A DNA stretch of 64,000 nucleotides from Schizosaccharomyces osmophilus (taxonomy: Eukaryota). The DNA lies in NCBI RefSeq assembly GCF_027921745.1, contig NC_079238.1, forward strand, positions 248,001-312,000, written 5' to 3'. Below the pieces are notes generated by a model. That model saw only the letters and a program-made list of their open reading frames with translations. It searched no databases and was not told where the DNA came from. The translations under genes were made by a program, and so were the position numbers. This document shows, piece by piece, positions 13,108 to 25,452 of the stretch (position 1 is its first letter; each line of letters starts with the position of its first letter).

Positions 13108-13977
13108 AATAGACATGATGGAGGACCATCGTTCCTAGTCAATGGTTTTCTGCATGAGGCAAAGAAGGGTTTCTCTTTTAGAAGGACAGGAAAGAAAAAT
13201 TTATTAGGTTTCGTTTCAAATGCTCAAGTAGTTTTCATGCATAGGACGACTGACACTCGACCAAGTCGGGTGCAATAGGATAAAACTATTCTCGAGTCTT
13301 TTTGAACTTAGTCAATTACAAGAGTCATTGAGAATGGATGCATCCATTCCAACAATAACAGTTCATAAGACCCAAGACAGGATGAATGAAAATACCGTTT
13401 TACGAAATTTTCAACGAAATGCTGGTGAAATCATTACAGATATTTTTGAATGGCATAAATCTCTTGATGAAAACAACAAACGCAGTTCAAGCATAAGCAA
13501 AGCAGTAAGAATTTACATGGAGGGACTTTAAACAAACTAAATTCAACTCTGTTCTCATGTGCATCTTTTAAATATATGGATAAGAATTGGCTGTAGGGGC
13601 TCTTTGTGTTACTGAATCAAGGTGTACGTTTTGCTTTTGACATAAAACATCAGAGATCTTGTTACACGTTTGCCAAAACTGAAAAAGCAGCACCCAAATG
13701 GGAAGAAGATTCATTTAAAAAGTTGTAAAAACCTGTTCTGGAACATGATTCTCTATTTATGGCTTGTCTTTATAGCTCTTGTAGATAGACGTACAGTAAC
13801 ACTGCCATTGTTAATTTTCATTTGTTTTGTAAATTTCTTTTCTATTTTCATACTCTAACGTTAAAAAGCTTTGGGGTTGTCGTCTGTTTCTTATACCTCC
13901 TCTGTAGTGACGAGAAGGACGCATCCAATCCATGAAGACCCTTTCTACACCGAAAAGTAGACAAGGCTTCCAAAAAC

Positions 13978-14631
13978 ATGAAAGTTCCAGCTATTTATAA
14001 TTTCCCTCCTTTTTTCACTCGTCAAGTGAATGAAAACACTTGGCAATCCCAAAAATCGGCTTGGCAAAAATGGATCCATATTTGGTGCCGGGAGCATAGA
14101 ATTACTCAGTTGAGTATTCATGCTGAATTACTAGACAGCCCATTAGTTCATAATGAAGCCATTCACCGTAAGTTTGGACTTTTATAGAGGAAAAACATTT
14201 GACTGACGATTTATGTAGGAACACTACCATTACCTGTGTTCCGGGAAATTGTAGAAGATATGGTGAAGCAAAATTACGCTGAATGGACTCAAAAGAAGGA
14301 ACCTCGAGATACCTTTTGGGTGTACTGGCGTTCCATTGCTGAATGGGGAAATATTATCACAAAATGGGTATATACGACGCTACTACGGGATGAAAAACAT
14401 AAATCCATTTTATTTTTGCACGTTAACTAACAATTGTAGTTATTTGACACCGGAAGAGATGGTGCTGTTTGCACCTACTATGAATTACAGGAACAATGCA
14501 AAGAAGTAGATTGCTTGGAGGAAGGTCTACTACACAAAGTTTTAGAATCGTTAATGAAAAAAGGGAATGTAGAGTTGATGAAAGGTTCTTCTGGGAAATA
14601 CACCGGCTTCAAAGTGTTGTCCACATCTTAG
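13978..14631 (+). CDS. vps25: ESCRT-II subunit Vps25, 3 exons
   Basis: PAIYNFPPFFTRQ and WVYWRSIAEW motifs; introns 14168-14218 and 14368-14439; stop TAG 14629-14631. Confidence 0.92.
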
Positions 14632-14774
14632 AAGATTCATTTCGACTCTGTGGCTGGATACGCCCAGAAAAGTTCAACTTGCGAACTTTTCCGATTTCTG
14701 CAATGATCAGAAAGATCAGAAAGAAAAGGAAAAAGGCAAAATCATAATTCATGTTCCATTCATAGCCGAATATA

Positions 14775-15752
14775 CTAAGAGGCTTTTCTGGCAAAGGTTA
14801 CCTTAACCTGACTGCCACTGAGGGCCATACCCGCTGTACCGTTTTTCGCAACACCGGCCTCTCTCTCCGTGTCGTATTCCACAAAGGCAATTCCCCTGCG
14901 TCCCGGGACCATACGAACCTCTTGAAAGCCTTGGTATGCTTCAAAGATTTGTGTAAGTATCTCAGCCGTAACTTCTTGAGGAAGGTTTTGAAGTAAAAGA
15001 ACTTTGTTGGGAGGAAGCAGATCTTCGTTAATATTGAATTTCCGTTCTCCTGGAGCGGCACGCTTCACGGGCTGTTTCTTGTGAGCGGCTTTGGGTGCAG
15101 GTGGTTGTAGGGCACCTGTACGTTTTAAGTGTTCTGCCAATGGTTAGTAAGAAAAGAAACAAAAAAATTTCATCGTTGGATGGACTGAAAAGCCATTGTA
15201 ATTGTAGCTTCTCCACCTAAATACATATGTTTGCATCTGTAGGTTCAGGCTGTGCATCCACAACGGCAGAAAAATCGTACCTCTTCGCTCGTGACGTTGA
15301 GTTTTATGCAATTCCAACTGCTGTGGGTCCTGAAGCTGGACGATGGCATCGCTTTTGGTTCGACTGAATTGAATCATCATAGGTTTTCCATACAAAGGAT
15401 ACCCCTGTAAATCTTGGAGAGCACGGTTAGCATCTTGGGTGTTTTCAAAGACAACAAATGCTTGCCCACGCATGCGCAGCGTCTTTCTGGCTTGAACACT
15501 GAGTACCTTGCCATACGCTCCAAACAAGTGTTCCAAAATTTGCTTCAGCACTGTTCAACATCGGTTAGCATTCGAAATGAAAGCCCAAGTCTTTATTTTT
15601 ATATAGAACTGTAAAGAGAGAGCAATTAACATACTGCTAACCCGAATTTTTTCTTCTATATTTCGAATGTACAGCGTCTCAGATGGTTTTCCCAAAACCT
15701 CTTCGGGACGACCCTCTGATGCTTGATTTCCTGTTACGGACGGAGAGTTCAT
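14775..15752 (-). CDS. usp102: U1 snRNP protein U1A (Mud1 ortholog), two RRMs, 3 exons
   Basis: PSETLYIRNIEEK, RMRGQAFVVF, YGKPMMIQFS, PPNKVLLLQNLP, RRGIAFVEY; introns 15634-15551 and 15280-15134. Confidence 0.9.
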
Positions 15753-16320
15753 GAAAGCGATGTAAAAGAAGGAAAACAGGAACCTTTTTCCAACGACTCT
15801 ACAAGTGTCCTCTGGAAACGCGTGTTGGAACAATACAACCTAGGACAGTGTTTAGTGAGGTACAAGGAAAGGAAAGAATATGAGAAAGGCAGCTGTAGGA
15901 GGGAGCGGTTGGAAACAAAAGGAAGCGATGGAATTCCGTTAAGAGGAACCTTTCTTTTCCTCATTATCTTTTCTATGTTTTTGGTTATGTTTCTGGCCCT
16001 TTGGCACGAAGCAACGAGTTATGCTGTGGACGTGCCTTGGCTTTTCAAGAAATACACTTTGCAATGAGTTTCATAGATCCCAACAAAGGGGGACAGTGGA
16101 AACCCTCCAGTCGGCGGTTTGATTTCCAACAGTTCACCTGTTCATCTGTGTTTTTGCCGAATGTTTCAGCCAGCATCTTTGTTTACCAATGCATTTCAAC
16201 GGAGTATGCTAAAACAAATTCCATAGACGTACAAATGCACAATATGAATTCCAAAATCGGAAAATGCTCACTGTACAAAATATAACGTACTGCACTGTGG
16301 TAAAAGCTTCGGACGAAACT

Positions 16321-17660
16321 CCCCACACATTCACCTCCGACTTATCAGCGACCTGTCACTTACCCGGAGAAACGGGTTCATTTTTGTAATATGTGGGGTA
16401 CATGGAGATAAACCAGCCAATGAAATCGCATCGCGTATCAAGAAGTATTTGTGTCCGGGGTAACAGATGCGGGACAAAAGCAAGGAACGCACTTGCCACT
16501 TTTGCTTTGTTTTTCTTGGAAACAAAGGTCATAACCCACGTAGAGTAGGAAAATGGAAGCGTTGGAGAGGGAAATCGTCGAAAAATGGGTTCTCTTTTGT
16601 TTGCTTGTCTTTTTTGTTTATATTTTGTGATAGACAAAAAAAAGGTTCGTAGACTTATCACTGGAGACCCAGGAAGGTTTCTACTGTGGCTTGTCATTGG
16701 TCCGATGGTTCGACATTAGCCAATGACATCTCATACCTGATGGAAACCTAAACTTAGTTTTATCTGGACATCATTGAGTGGGGGAAAAGGAAAGCCTAGT
16801 TCCATCTCCACAAAGGAGAATGCCACCATTGGGTTCTTCTCCTCTTACAAGAGGGGAATAGTATAGAACCTTAACGATTATAAACAAAGTGTTTGAGTAT
16901 TTAAGAGATGATCATCCCAATTCTTGTTTCTCTTGGATCCATCATCTTAGTAGGAACATGTAAATTGATGCGTCGCGTTTCCTTTGGAAAACGCGTCTGT
17001 TTTAATCAAGAAATTACCTGGAGTCTGGTTCAATAGAGTAAGTTGTGCTATGGAGGTTTCTCCGACGGATGACTGAGTTGGAGATGAAACAAACAGTTAG
17101 CGAGACGAAACGTTTGTAAACGCGGGATGAAAATGGGGAAACAATCGGGATTTCAAAGAGCAGCTGATGGAAGGTTGTGGAGAAACGGAATAGCACAGGG
17201 GAACCCAACAAATGGACGGAAAAGAATCTCTTTGAAAAGGGTTTGAAACTCTTGGGTTGCTGTTTTTTATTTTTTTAATTTGCAATACTTTTTTTTTTCA
17301 CTCTTCTCCGTTTCTTCTCCATAGTTTCAATCGCTAACCCGCGTCTCTCCTCGCTATAGACCTATAAGACACAATAAAGGAGCGGCATTTTTGGTCGAGT
17401 TGCGCACATTTGTCCCTATCGATACCTTGGAGACAGGAGTCGTGTAGTGTCTTTGATTGGCTCTCCACATTGCTCGTGACTGCTTTGTGTGATCAGACAA
17501 CCAATCCGACTGTCACGATGACATGTACTGTGCTTGCCTTGTTCTTATTGGTGACGTAATATGTTGAAAGTTTTAACGTTGAGATGTCAAAATTTTCCTA
17601 GTAGAATTTACAAAAGTGCAGTAGCTTTCGGGGGGAAAATTACCGAATATCTATATAAGT
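16321..17660 (+). promoter_or_regulatory. ght2 upstream region: SYGGRG (Scr1/Mig1-type) sites, CRE-like TGACGTA, TATA
   Basis: SYGGRG or complement at 16321, 16661, 16778, 16806, 17018, 17177, 17463; TGACGTA ~17552; TATATAAG ~17652. Confidence 0.45.
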
Positions 17661-18162
17661 GTCAGAGCACCCATTCGTGAACTTTTCTTTCACCAACCTA
17701 CAATCTCTCTTACCTCGACCGCTTTTTCCAAGTTTTTTTGAGGTCTTGAGAAAATAGAGAACACGCAAAGAATAACCAATAAATTAATAATTCTTTGTGT
17801 CATTTTCCAAACTGATTTCGAGGCAGTTTGTATCCATTGAGCAATAGCCTTGTGTGGTTGGAAAAAGCTTTTAGAGAATCACTTTAAAAAGAACTAAATC
17901 TTTCAGAGATTTTTTAAGGTGTTTTCTTTTCTTTTGGAAAAAGTACCCAAAATATCTAAGACTCTCTTTTTCCGTAGAGATATCTCATTCTTTTTTCGAC
18001 TAGAAGTTTCGTCAAACTATTTATCGAGTTTCACGCTTCTTTCACTAGGATAGTACTATATTTTTTTGTAGATACTTTTTCTATTCTTTCCTCTTACGAA
18101 TATTTCGGGCTGCTTGTTGTTTTTTTCCCTGTTAAAAGAAATATTTCGAAACTATCTTCAAT

Positions 18163-19770
18163 ATGTCGTTACTAAACTTTAAGCGTGGTAAGGTCTTTAC
18201 CATGATCATGTTGATTTTCGTCTCCATGGCTGGATGGATGTTCGGTGCTGATACCGGTTCCATTGGTGGTGTCACCAATATGAGAGACTTTCAAACGCGA
18301 TATGCGGATCGTTATAGTCCCATCACGGATTCCTACACTTACTCTTCTTGGCGTCAGGGTCTGTTGGTCGGTATGGTCAACATTGGTTCTTTGACTGGTT
18401 GTATTATGTCTTCCCCCCTGGCTGATCGTTATGGTAAGCGCAAGTCCATTATTGGTTGGACTATGGTATATATCATAGGTATCATTATTCAAGTCACCAC
18501 TGTTCCTTCTTGGATCCAAATTATCGTTGCTAAGATTTGGACCGGTTTTGGTATTGGTGCTCTTTCTGTGTTGGCCCCTGGCTATCAATCAGAAACTGCT
18601 CCTCCTTCCATCCGTGGTACAATTGTCGTCACGTATCAATTGTTCGTCACTGGTGGTATTTTCATTGCTGCATGTGTCAATATGGGTACCCACAAGCTTC
18701 ATAAGACTGCTCAGTGGAGAGTTTCCATGGGTGTCAACTTGATTTGGGGTATCATTACCCTTATTGGTATCACTTTCTTGCCCGAGTCTCCACGTTATCT
18801 TATTCAAATTGGCAAAGATGAGGATGCAGTTAAAGTACTTTCTGAGAGCTCTGAAGTGCCTGCTGATAATCCTGAAGTCCAAGAAGAATATGGTCGTCTC
18901 AAAAAGTCTATTGACGAGGAATTCGCTGGTGGTACCTGCTCTTGGGCCAGTATCTTTGGTAAAAACATTCGTTATCGTACCTTTTTAGGTATGTTTGTCA
19001 TGTCTATTCAACAACTTACTGGTAACAACTACTTCTTTTATTATGGTTTCCAAGTCGCCGAAGGTGCTGGTATTAAATCTCCATATCTTTCCGCCTTAAT
19101 TCTTGATGCTTGTAACTTTGGTTGTACTTTTGGTGGTATGTTTACTCTCGAATACTTTGGTCGTCGTAACCCTCTGATTATTGGTGGTCTTTGGCAATCC
19201 ATGTGGTTCTGGATTTATGGTGCCGTTGGTAGCCGCGCCCTTTACAAACCGAATGGAACTTCCAACACCCGTGCTGGTGCAGTCATGATCGTTTGTGCTT
19301 GTCTTTTTATTTTCGGTTTCGCCCAAACTTGGGCCCCTGCTGCCTACGTTATTGTTGGTGAATCGTACCCTGTCCGCTACCGTTCGAAGTGTGCTGCCGT
19401 TGCTACTTCAGCTAACTGGCTTTGGAACTTTTTGATTTCTTTCTTTACTCCCTTTATTCAAAACTCTATTGGCTTCAAGTATGGTTATGTCTTTGCTGCT
19501 TCCAACTTGACTGGTGCAATTGTTATTTTCTTCTTTGCCAAGGAGACCAAGGGTCTTAGTTTGGAAGAAATTAACGAGTTGTATATGTCCGATATTAAAC
19601 CATGGAACTCTACTCATTTCAAGCTTGATTACAAAGAACAAAAGAAGGCTGACAAAGAGAACCGTGAGAAGAGCCGTGGTGCTCGTGGTGAATCTGTTGA
19701 GTACGTCGAACGTGCTTCTAATACCGAGTCTTCTCCTCGATACTCTTCTCATGAAGAGGACTATGCATAA
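18163..19770 (+). CDS. ght2: hexose transporter (MFS sugar porter, Ght family)
   Basis: [22 protein letters not shown] and PESPRYL sugar-porter motifs; position matches ght2. Confidence 0.88.
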   Translation: MSLLNFKRGKVFTMIMLIFVSMAGWMFGADTGSIGGVTNMRDFQTRYADRYSPITDSYTYSSWRQGLLVGMVNIGSLTGCIMSSPLADRYGKRKSIIGWTMVYIIGIIIQVTTVPSWIQIIVAKIWTGFGIGALSVLAPGYQSETAPPSIRGTIVVTYQLFVTGGIFIAACVNMGTHKLHKTAQWRVSMGVNLIWGIITLIGITFLPESPRYLIQIGKDEDAVKVLSESSEVPADNPEVQEEYGRLKKSIDEEFAGGTCSWASIFGKNIRYRTFLGMFVMSIQQLTGNNYFFYYGFQVAEGAGIKSPYLSALILDACNFGCTFGGMFTLEYFGRRNPLIIGGLWQSMWFWIYGAVGSRALYKPNGTSNTRAGAVMIVCACLFIFGFAQTWAPAAYVIVGESYPVRYRSKCAAVATSANWLWNFLISFFTPFIQNSIGFKYGYVFAASNLTGAIVIFFFAKETKGLSLEEINELYMSDIKPWNSTHFKLDYKEQKKADKENREKSRGARGESVEYVERASNTESSPRYSSHEEDYA

Positions 19771-20338
19771 ACTATGAACTATATCAGTTTGAAAATTTGC
19801 GAACTAATCGTCAAAAATATATACATAGCTTTTAGAAATGGAAAGATTCAAAGCCTGTCTTTTCTGAAGAGTTGATCTGTTTATAGGAAAAGGCTATAAT
19901 GTTGGAGGATAATTCCTTTAATATATATAGACATCGTCGATTCAGTTATTTGTTGCGTTTATTGACGTGGTTTTATTTCTGTTCAAGTGAGGTCTAATGC
20001 ATTGGTATTCAAATGTTGAGTATATAAAAATAATTTTATTCAGATTTTTATGAAGTTTTTCGTTTTCCCATTTATTAAAGTTGTCTGCATGGAGTCAGTA
20101 GTTATGTAGCAGGTAGGATGAAGATAATAAATAAGAGAAAGTAAACAAGGTAAAGAATGGCAATGATAAAATGCATTCTCATATGACCACTGTTTCTACT
20201 TGGTTTTAGAAAAAGAATAGAGGTAGTGTTTGTGTTTTCATTTTATCCATATAGCAACTCGTTAATAGAATATATATTCGGTGAGAGAGGAGCAGCTTAG
20301 AAGTACCAAACCTGCGCGTCTTTGCATTTTAGGTGAAC

Positions 20339-22547
20339 ATGGATTACGGGGACATTTACATAGCAGAAGAGACAGAATGGGATAAATTAAACCGTCAGCT
20401 AACGAAAAATCAGGATGATTTTGACGTCTGGTATGCTTTTGTCGACATACCAACGGACAACATGATTAACCCAGCTCTAGGGAAGCATTGATTCGTGCAA
20501 CCGAGACAATAGAAGGAGGAATTGATAGAAATTCATCAAAACAAACTATAAATACACTTCGAAGCGTCTACGATAGGTTCTTGACAAAGTTCCCTTTGCT
20601 ATTTGGCTATTGGAAAAAATATGCAGACTTTGAGTTTTTTGTTGCCGGACCAGAAGCTTCTGAAAAGGTATGTGATAACTATAAGTTTAAAAAGACGTCT
20701 GAACGTCTGCTGACTGTTGAATAGGTGTACGAAAGAGGAATTGCTGGGATCCCTTACTCGGTAGATCTCTGGGCAAACTACTGTGCATTCAAAATGGAGA
20801 CCAATCATGATCCAAATGAAGTTAGAGAGTATGTACCTGTTCTCCACATATGTGATTCTCGATAAAGGTTGTAGCCAGTTTACTAACAGATACAACAAGA
20901 GTATTCATGCAGGGATCCGAGATGATTGGATTGGATTTCCTTTCGCATCCATTTTGGGATAAATATATAGAATTTGAAGAAAGGCAAGAAAGAGCTGATC
21001 TCGTCTACCAAATCCTGGAACGACTTGTCCATATCCCTTTGCATCAGTATGCGCGTTACTTTGAAAGGTAAGTCAGATATTCGTAGGATTGTAGGCTTGT
21101 GGAATAGAATACTAACGATAAAAAGGTTTGTACAAGTCTCACAAACTCAGCCATTGCAGCTCCTTCTGCCTCCCGACGTCTTAGGTTCTGTGCGAACAGA
21201 CGTTTTGCGTGAACCCCCAGAAGTTGTCAGTGCAGGATCGAAACAGATTACGGTCGAAAGAGGCGAACTAGAAATTGAGCGGGAGATTCGTGCTAGAATT
21301 TACAACATTCATTTGCAAATATTTCAGAAAACCCAGATAGAGGTTGCTAAGCGTTGGACATTTGAAGCCGAAATCAAGCGCCCTTACTTTCACGTTAAAG
21401 AGTTAGATGAACCACAATTGGTAAATTGGAGAAAGTACCTTGATTTTGAGGAAATAGAAGGAGATTTCTGTAGAATCTACTATCTTTACGAAAAATGTTT
21501 GGTTGCTTGCGCTCTTTACGATGAATTTTGGTTCCGATTTGCTCGGTGGATGCTTTCCCAACCTGATCATACAGAGGATGTTCGCATTATTTATGAGCGA
21601 GCTGCCTGTATATTTGCGTCTATATCTCGACCAGGAATTCGGATACAGTTTGCATTATTTGAAGAATCTTTAGGAAATATTGCTTCTGCTAGGGCAATCT
21701 ACCAATCCGTTTTAACTCAGCGTATGTGAGAATTAAGTGGAACCGAGAATATATTCACTAACATCATATTATCAGTTCCAGGAAACCTCGAAGCAGCTTT
21801 AGGTTGGGCTAATCTTGAACGGAGAGTCTCTAGGGAAACTGGTTTAACAAATGCACATGCTGTTTTAAGAAGTATAGTCAATGAGGGTGGTTGCGACCCT
21901 GGCGCCGCCGCAATATTAATTACGGAAGATATAAAATTAGTTTGGAAAATTGAAGGAAACGATGAATTAGCTAGAAATATGTTTTTACAGAATGCTCCGG
22001 CCATGCTGGATAGCCGATATTTTTGGATTTCTTATCTTCGTTTTGAACTTGAACAACCTTTAAGTAAGTAAAAGATATATGGCATAACGCGATTGTGATA
22101 CTAACTATTTATTTAGCCTTGGAAAACGGAAGCGATCATCATAGTAGGGTTTCTGCTGTCATGAAGTTCATAAAATCCCATACGAGATTAGCTCCTCGTA
22201 CGGTAATGGATTTGACAAAAATCTACATGGAATATTTAAACTATCGTTCTACAAGTCCTAATGCTATATCAGAATACCTTTCCTTGGACCGGGAAACTTT
22301 TGGCCCTTTTTCTGTACGCGAAACCCATTGGAAAAAGCTTGTTGAAGGAGAAGACACTAAGCAAGTAAGTGCCAAACTATTGAGCGTAAATGGACATCCT
22401 GGTGTTGATGTCAATGATGCGAAAGTTAAGGCAGGAGAGTCTCCTTATGAAAAATACTATCGTATGCAAGGAGTTGCTGAAACTGTCCCAGCGAACTTTT
22501 TATCAAACGGAACCGTGGCTCCCGCGACTGTCCCTTATATGCAATAA
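20339..22547 (+). CDS. usp105: U1 snRNP protein Prp39 (HAT repeats), multi-exon
   Basis: MDYGDIYIAEETEWDK..., FLTKFPLLFGYWKKYAD, FEAEIKRPYFHVKELD; six canonical introns. Confidence 0.92.
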
Positions 22548-22796
22548 GACCCTTTATGGTATTCTAATTGAAAAAGCAAGACTGCTTTGTGATTTACATA
22601 ATTAAAAGGGATTTGTTAGAATGACTCCTCTATAGATATTAACCCAATATAAAGACACGACGATCTCTATTTTATATAATAATTCATTTCGTTAGCTCCT
22701 TCATAAAGGATTGTGAGTAGTCATATTAATGAGACGTTTAAATTTGTTATCATGGACTTTAAAATATATATAGTGACTCATCCTTCTGCAAGTAAA

Positions 22797-23765
22797 TCAT
22801 CCTTGAATTGAAATAGGTATTAAGACTATATGAAGAAAACCGTCAGGGTAACAGAAATCCCGGTTCATTAAATCCGTGCTAATGCTTAATGGTAGGACGA
22901 TGCCCTGTAAAACAGGCTTTAATAATGAACAAGACACATCGGAAGGGAAGAATTCAGGTAATTGCTTGTGCAAAACATGACCTAACGTGTAGCCAAGAGA
23001 AGCGGACGTTTGGACAATAGGAGCATCTGCACCGAGATAAAATTTTAAAGGAATAATTCTAGATTTGCTTGCAAATAACTTCGTAGCAATTGGTCGATAG
23101 TCATAAAAGTCGTGGTTCAGTAACGAATTCCAGTATGAATCTGTCTCTGGTTTAGAAAGAGCAATTACGAGGGATGAGCTTCCATTTCGAACATAATCAG
23201 ACTTGAGAAGGTGTTACTAATGTTTGCTACATATATAATATAATGCTGAACGTACCTCTTTCAGTGCATTAAAAAAACAAGAACGAAATGTTTCCATGCT
23301 TCCCATGGGGACAACCAAGGAGCTTGGAAAGGACCCAACATGAAAATCAAGGTGCCATAAAACAGGAAGGGCGGTAGTAGATTCTGGGTCTTTAAGCGAA
23401 AGTAGATCGTAAAGTACACCTACAGGCCAGTGCCTAAAGAAAACCATGTTAGATTTGATACTCAAGAATTTCATCAACACTATGCAAAGCTTACCATTTG
23501 ATAGATGCTTTCCCTGAACTTAGCCAGCATTCTTCCAAAGCAGCCTTTGGTGCAAATAGCTGCTTCAAGTCCTCAAGAATTTGGGCAAAATAAGAATGCC
23601 TAGGAAGATTCGCCTATTTCAGTTAGATGAAGAGTCTAATAAAGGATAGGTTACATGTCTTGAGCTGCGTACCAGGTAAGTTAGAGAATTTTCCTTTTGG
23701 TGTACTTCGACACTAATGTTTCCATTCCAAACTAGTTCAGGTATTGAATCTCTTTGTTGTTTCAT
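22797..23765 (-). CDS. atg5: autophagy protein Atg5, 4 exons
   Basis: [48 protein letters not shown]. Confidence 0.88.
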
Positions 23766-24363
23766 TATTTTTTTTGCAACGTGTACTTGATAGAATTTAT
23801 AGCGATTACCTCTTTTCAGCGCCAGAGTGAAGGAAAGTAATCAGAAGAAAAGATAAAAGGTTCACTTCATTGAACGTTTAATACCCTGGATACAGAAACA
23901 ACGTGAAAAGGAAGCTAAGTCCTTTCAAAAGTCGTATAGGAGTGAATGCAATGTCTTAAAATGCTGAAAGCTGGAAGCGCTTGAGTAAATCATTCAAAAC
24001 CTTCTATTTCCGTATAAATAAATCATTCTTTTGTTTTTCTCCAGTAAACTTACTTTTATGAAAGCAATCCTTACAGTATCAACACCTCTTGCTTTTTGAT
24101 ATTAGAGTGAACATGAGTGTAGCCATCTTACTTCCCAAATCCCAACTGACATAAATAGGTTAGTAGCTAGAGTCTGCTTTGAGAATTACAAAGAAAAATT
24201 ATTTCTTTCTTTCTTTTGATTTTTCTTATTGTTTTGGAATCACCTTGAAAGGCCTATAAAAGAACTCGGGTTTAAAGATCTGTTGGTTTGAGAGAGTCCG
24301 CTTTGCTTTACTACTTTTTGTGCTTTTGACTTCTTGAATTTATAGTCACAGAAATAAAAAAAA

Positions 24364-24762
24364 ATGAATACAGGACGCTCTTTGTTGAAATTACCAAACG
24401 GCTTCAATTTTTTTCGAGTCGCTTGTAGACAAGCATCTTCCGTTCCTTCGACAAGAGATGGTATGCCATGAGAAAGCTTACATTTCTTTTCTATGGGATT
24501 CACTAACAAATATGTATAAGGTATAACGGATTTAAAAACGTTTCTTCAAAGAATTGGCCGTAACACTGAGCAAAAGATTGATGGAAAAATAACGAACTGG
24601 GAAGAACTGTTCACCAAAAGCACAAGAGACATGAAAGAAGATGGACTAGATGTACGTACACGAAAGTACATTGCAAATCAACGTAACCGGTATATCCAGG
24701 GCTACAATATTGTACCATACCCAACCATGAAAAAGAAGAAAGGAGGAGAGAGACGTTCTTAA
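24364..24762 (+). CDS. fyv4: mitochondrial IGR-domain protein Fyv4 (mS41), 2 exons (intron 24461-24520)
   Basis: Spliced reading DLKTFLQRIGRNTEQKI...WEELF...MKEDGLDVRTRKYI...KKKKGGERRS*; N-terminal presequence; missing from the ORF track. Confidence 0.85.
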
Positions 24763-24835
24763 CAATTCTCTCAGCAGTTGCTTTATTAAACAAAAAGCTC
24801 TTCTATGGTGGTGCTTCTAGTGTAAGGATTCTCGT

Positions 24836-25129
24836 TTATTGGGCTAAGCTTGAAAGCCGACTTGCAAGCTGACCATGAAACCATCGCTGGAATGACGGCG
24901 ACATTGTCAGCAACGCAGACTCACTACTAGGAAAACGTTTTTTCAATTCTACCTCTTCTTCTTGTTGTTCTTCCCACAACCATTCTCCATTCTCCCATGT
25001 CAAAGTCGCTTGTACGTGCTCGTTCGTAACCACCTTTAAATGGTCCTCTTTCTTGGACAGCTCCTGCAAGCCGTCTCGAAATTCATATAGTACATTGTCA
25101 AGTTCTACCTGAAGCTGTTGATTGTTCAT
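24836..25129 (-). CDS. small protein (SPBC4B4.12c-like) with a GSKIP/DUF727-like C-terminus
   Basis: 97 aa ORF ending FPSSESALLTMSPSFQRWFHGQLASRLSSLAQ. Confidence 0.7.
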   Translation of the reverse strand: MNNQQLQVELDNVLYEFRDGLQELSKKEDHLKVVTNEHVQATLTWENGEWLWEEQQEEEVELKKRFPSSESALLTMSPSFQRWFHGQLASRLSSLAQ

Positions 25130-25452
25130 ATTTTAATGAAGAACACTGAACAACGAACGAAACCGTTAAAGAGCTTTCTTGACTGAATCAGTTCTTCTTT
25201 CTATCGCGTTTGTATGATTATTTGCCGGATTACTCGACAACGTTCAGTTTGTTTATAATACAAGCACTTCTGCAGAATTGAGCTTTACTTTGGTAAAGAG
25301 AACGTTCTTCCTTACCATCAGAGAATAGTATATAAACTCGGTATGAGCTTCATAGGAAAAATAAACAACCGAAATAATTATGGAATATAATTCCGAATAT
25401 GCATTAATAGAATTAAAATTATTATGTAAGCAATATAGAGGATTCAATCATC

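Noticed and set aside
13113..13275. Possible C/D snoRNA after smg1 (ATGATG...CTGA, hairpin CACTCGAC/GTCGGGTG)
   Set aside because: Imperfect C box, no terminal stem and no recognisable rRNA guide
18172..19777. Long antisense and alternate-frame ORFs over ght2 (also over rpl16, his4 and the AzgA-like gene)
   Set aside because: Expected shadows of strongly codon-biased genes
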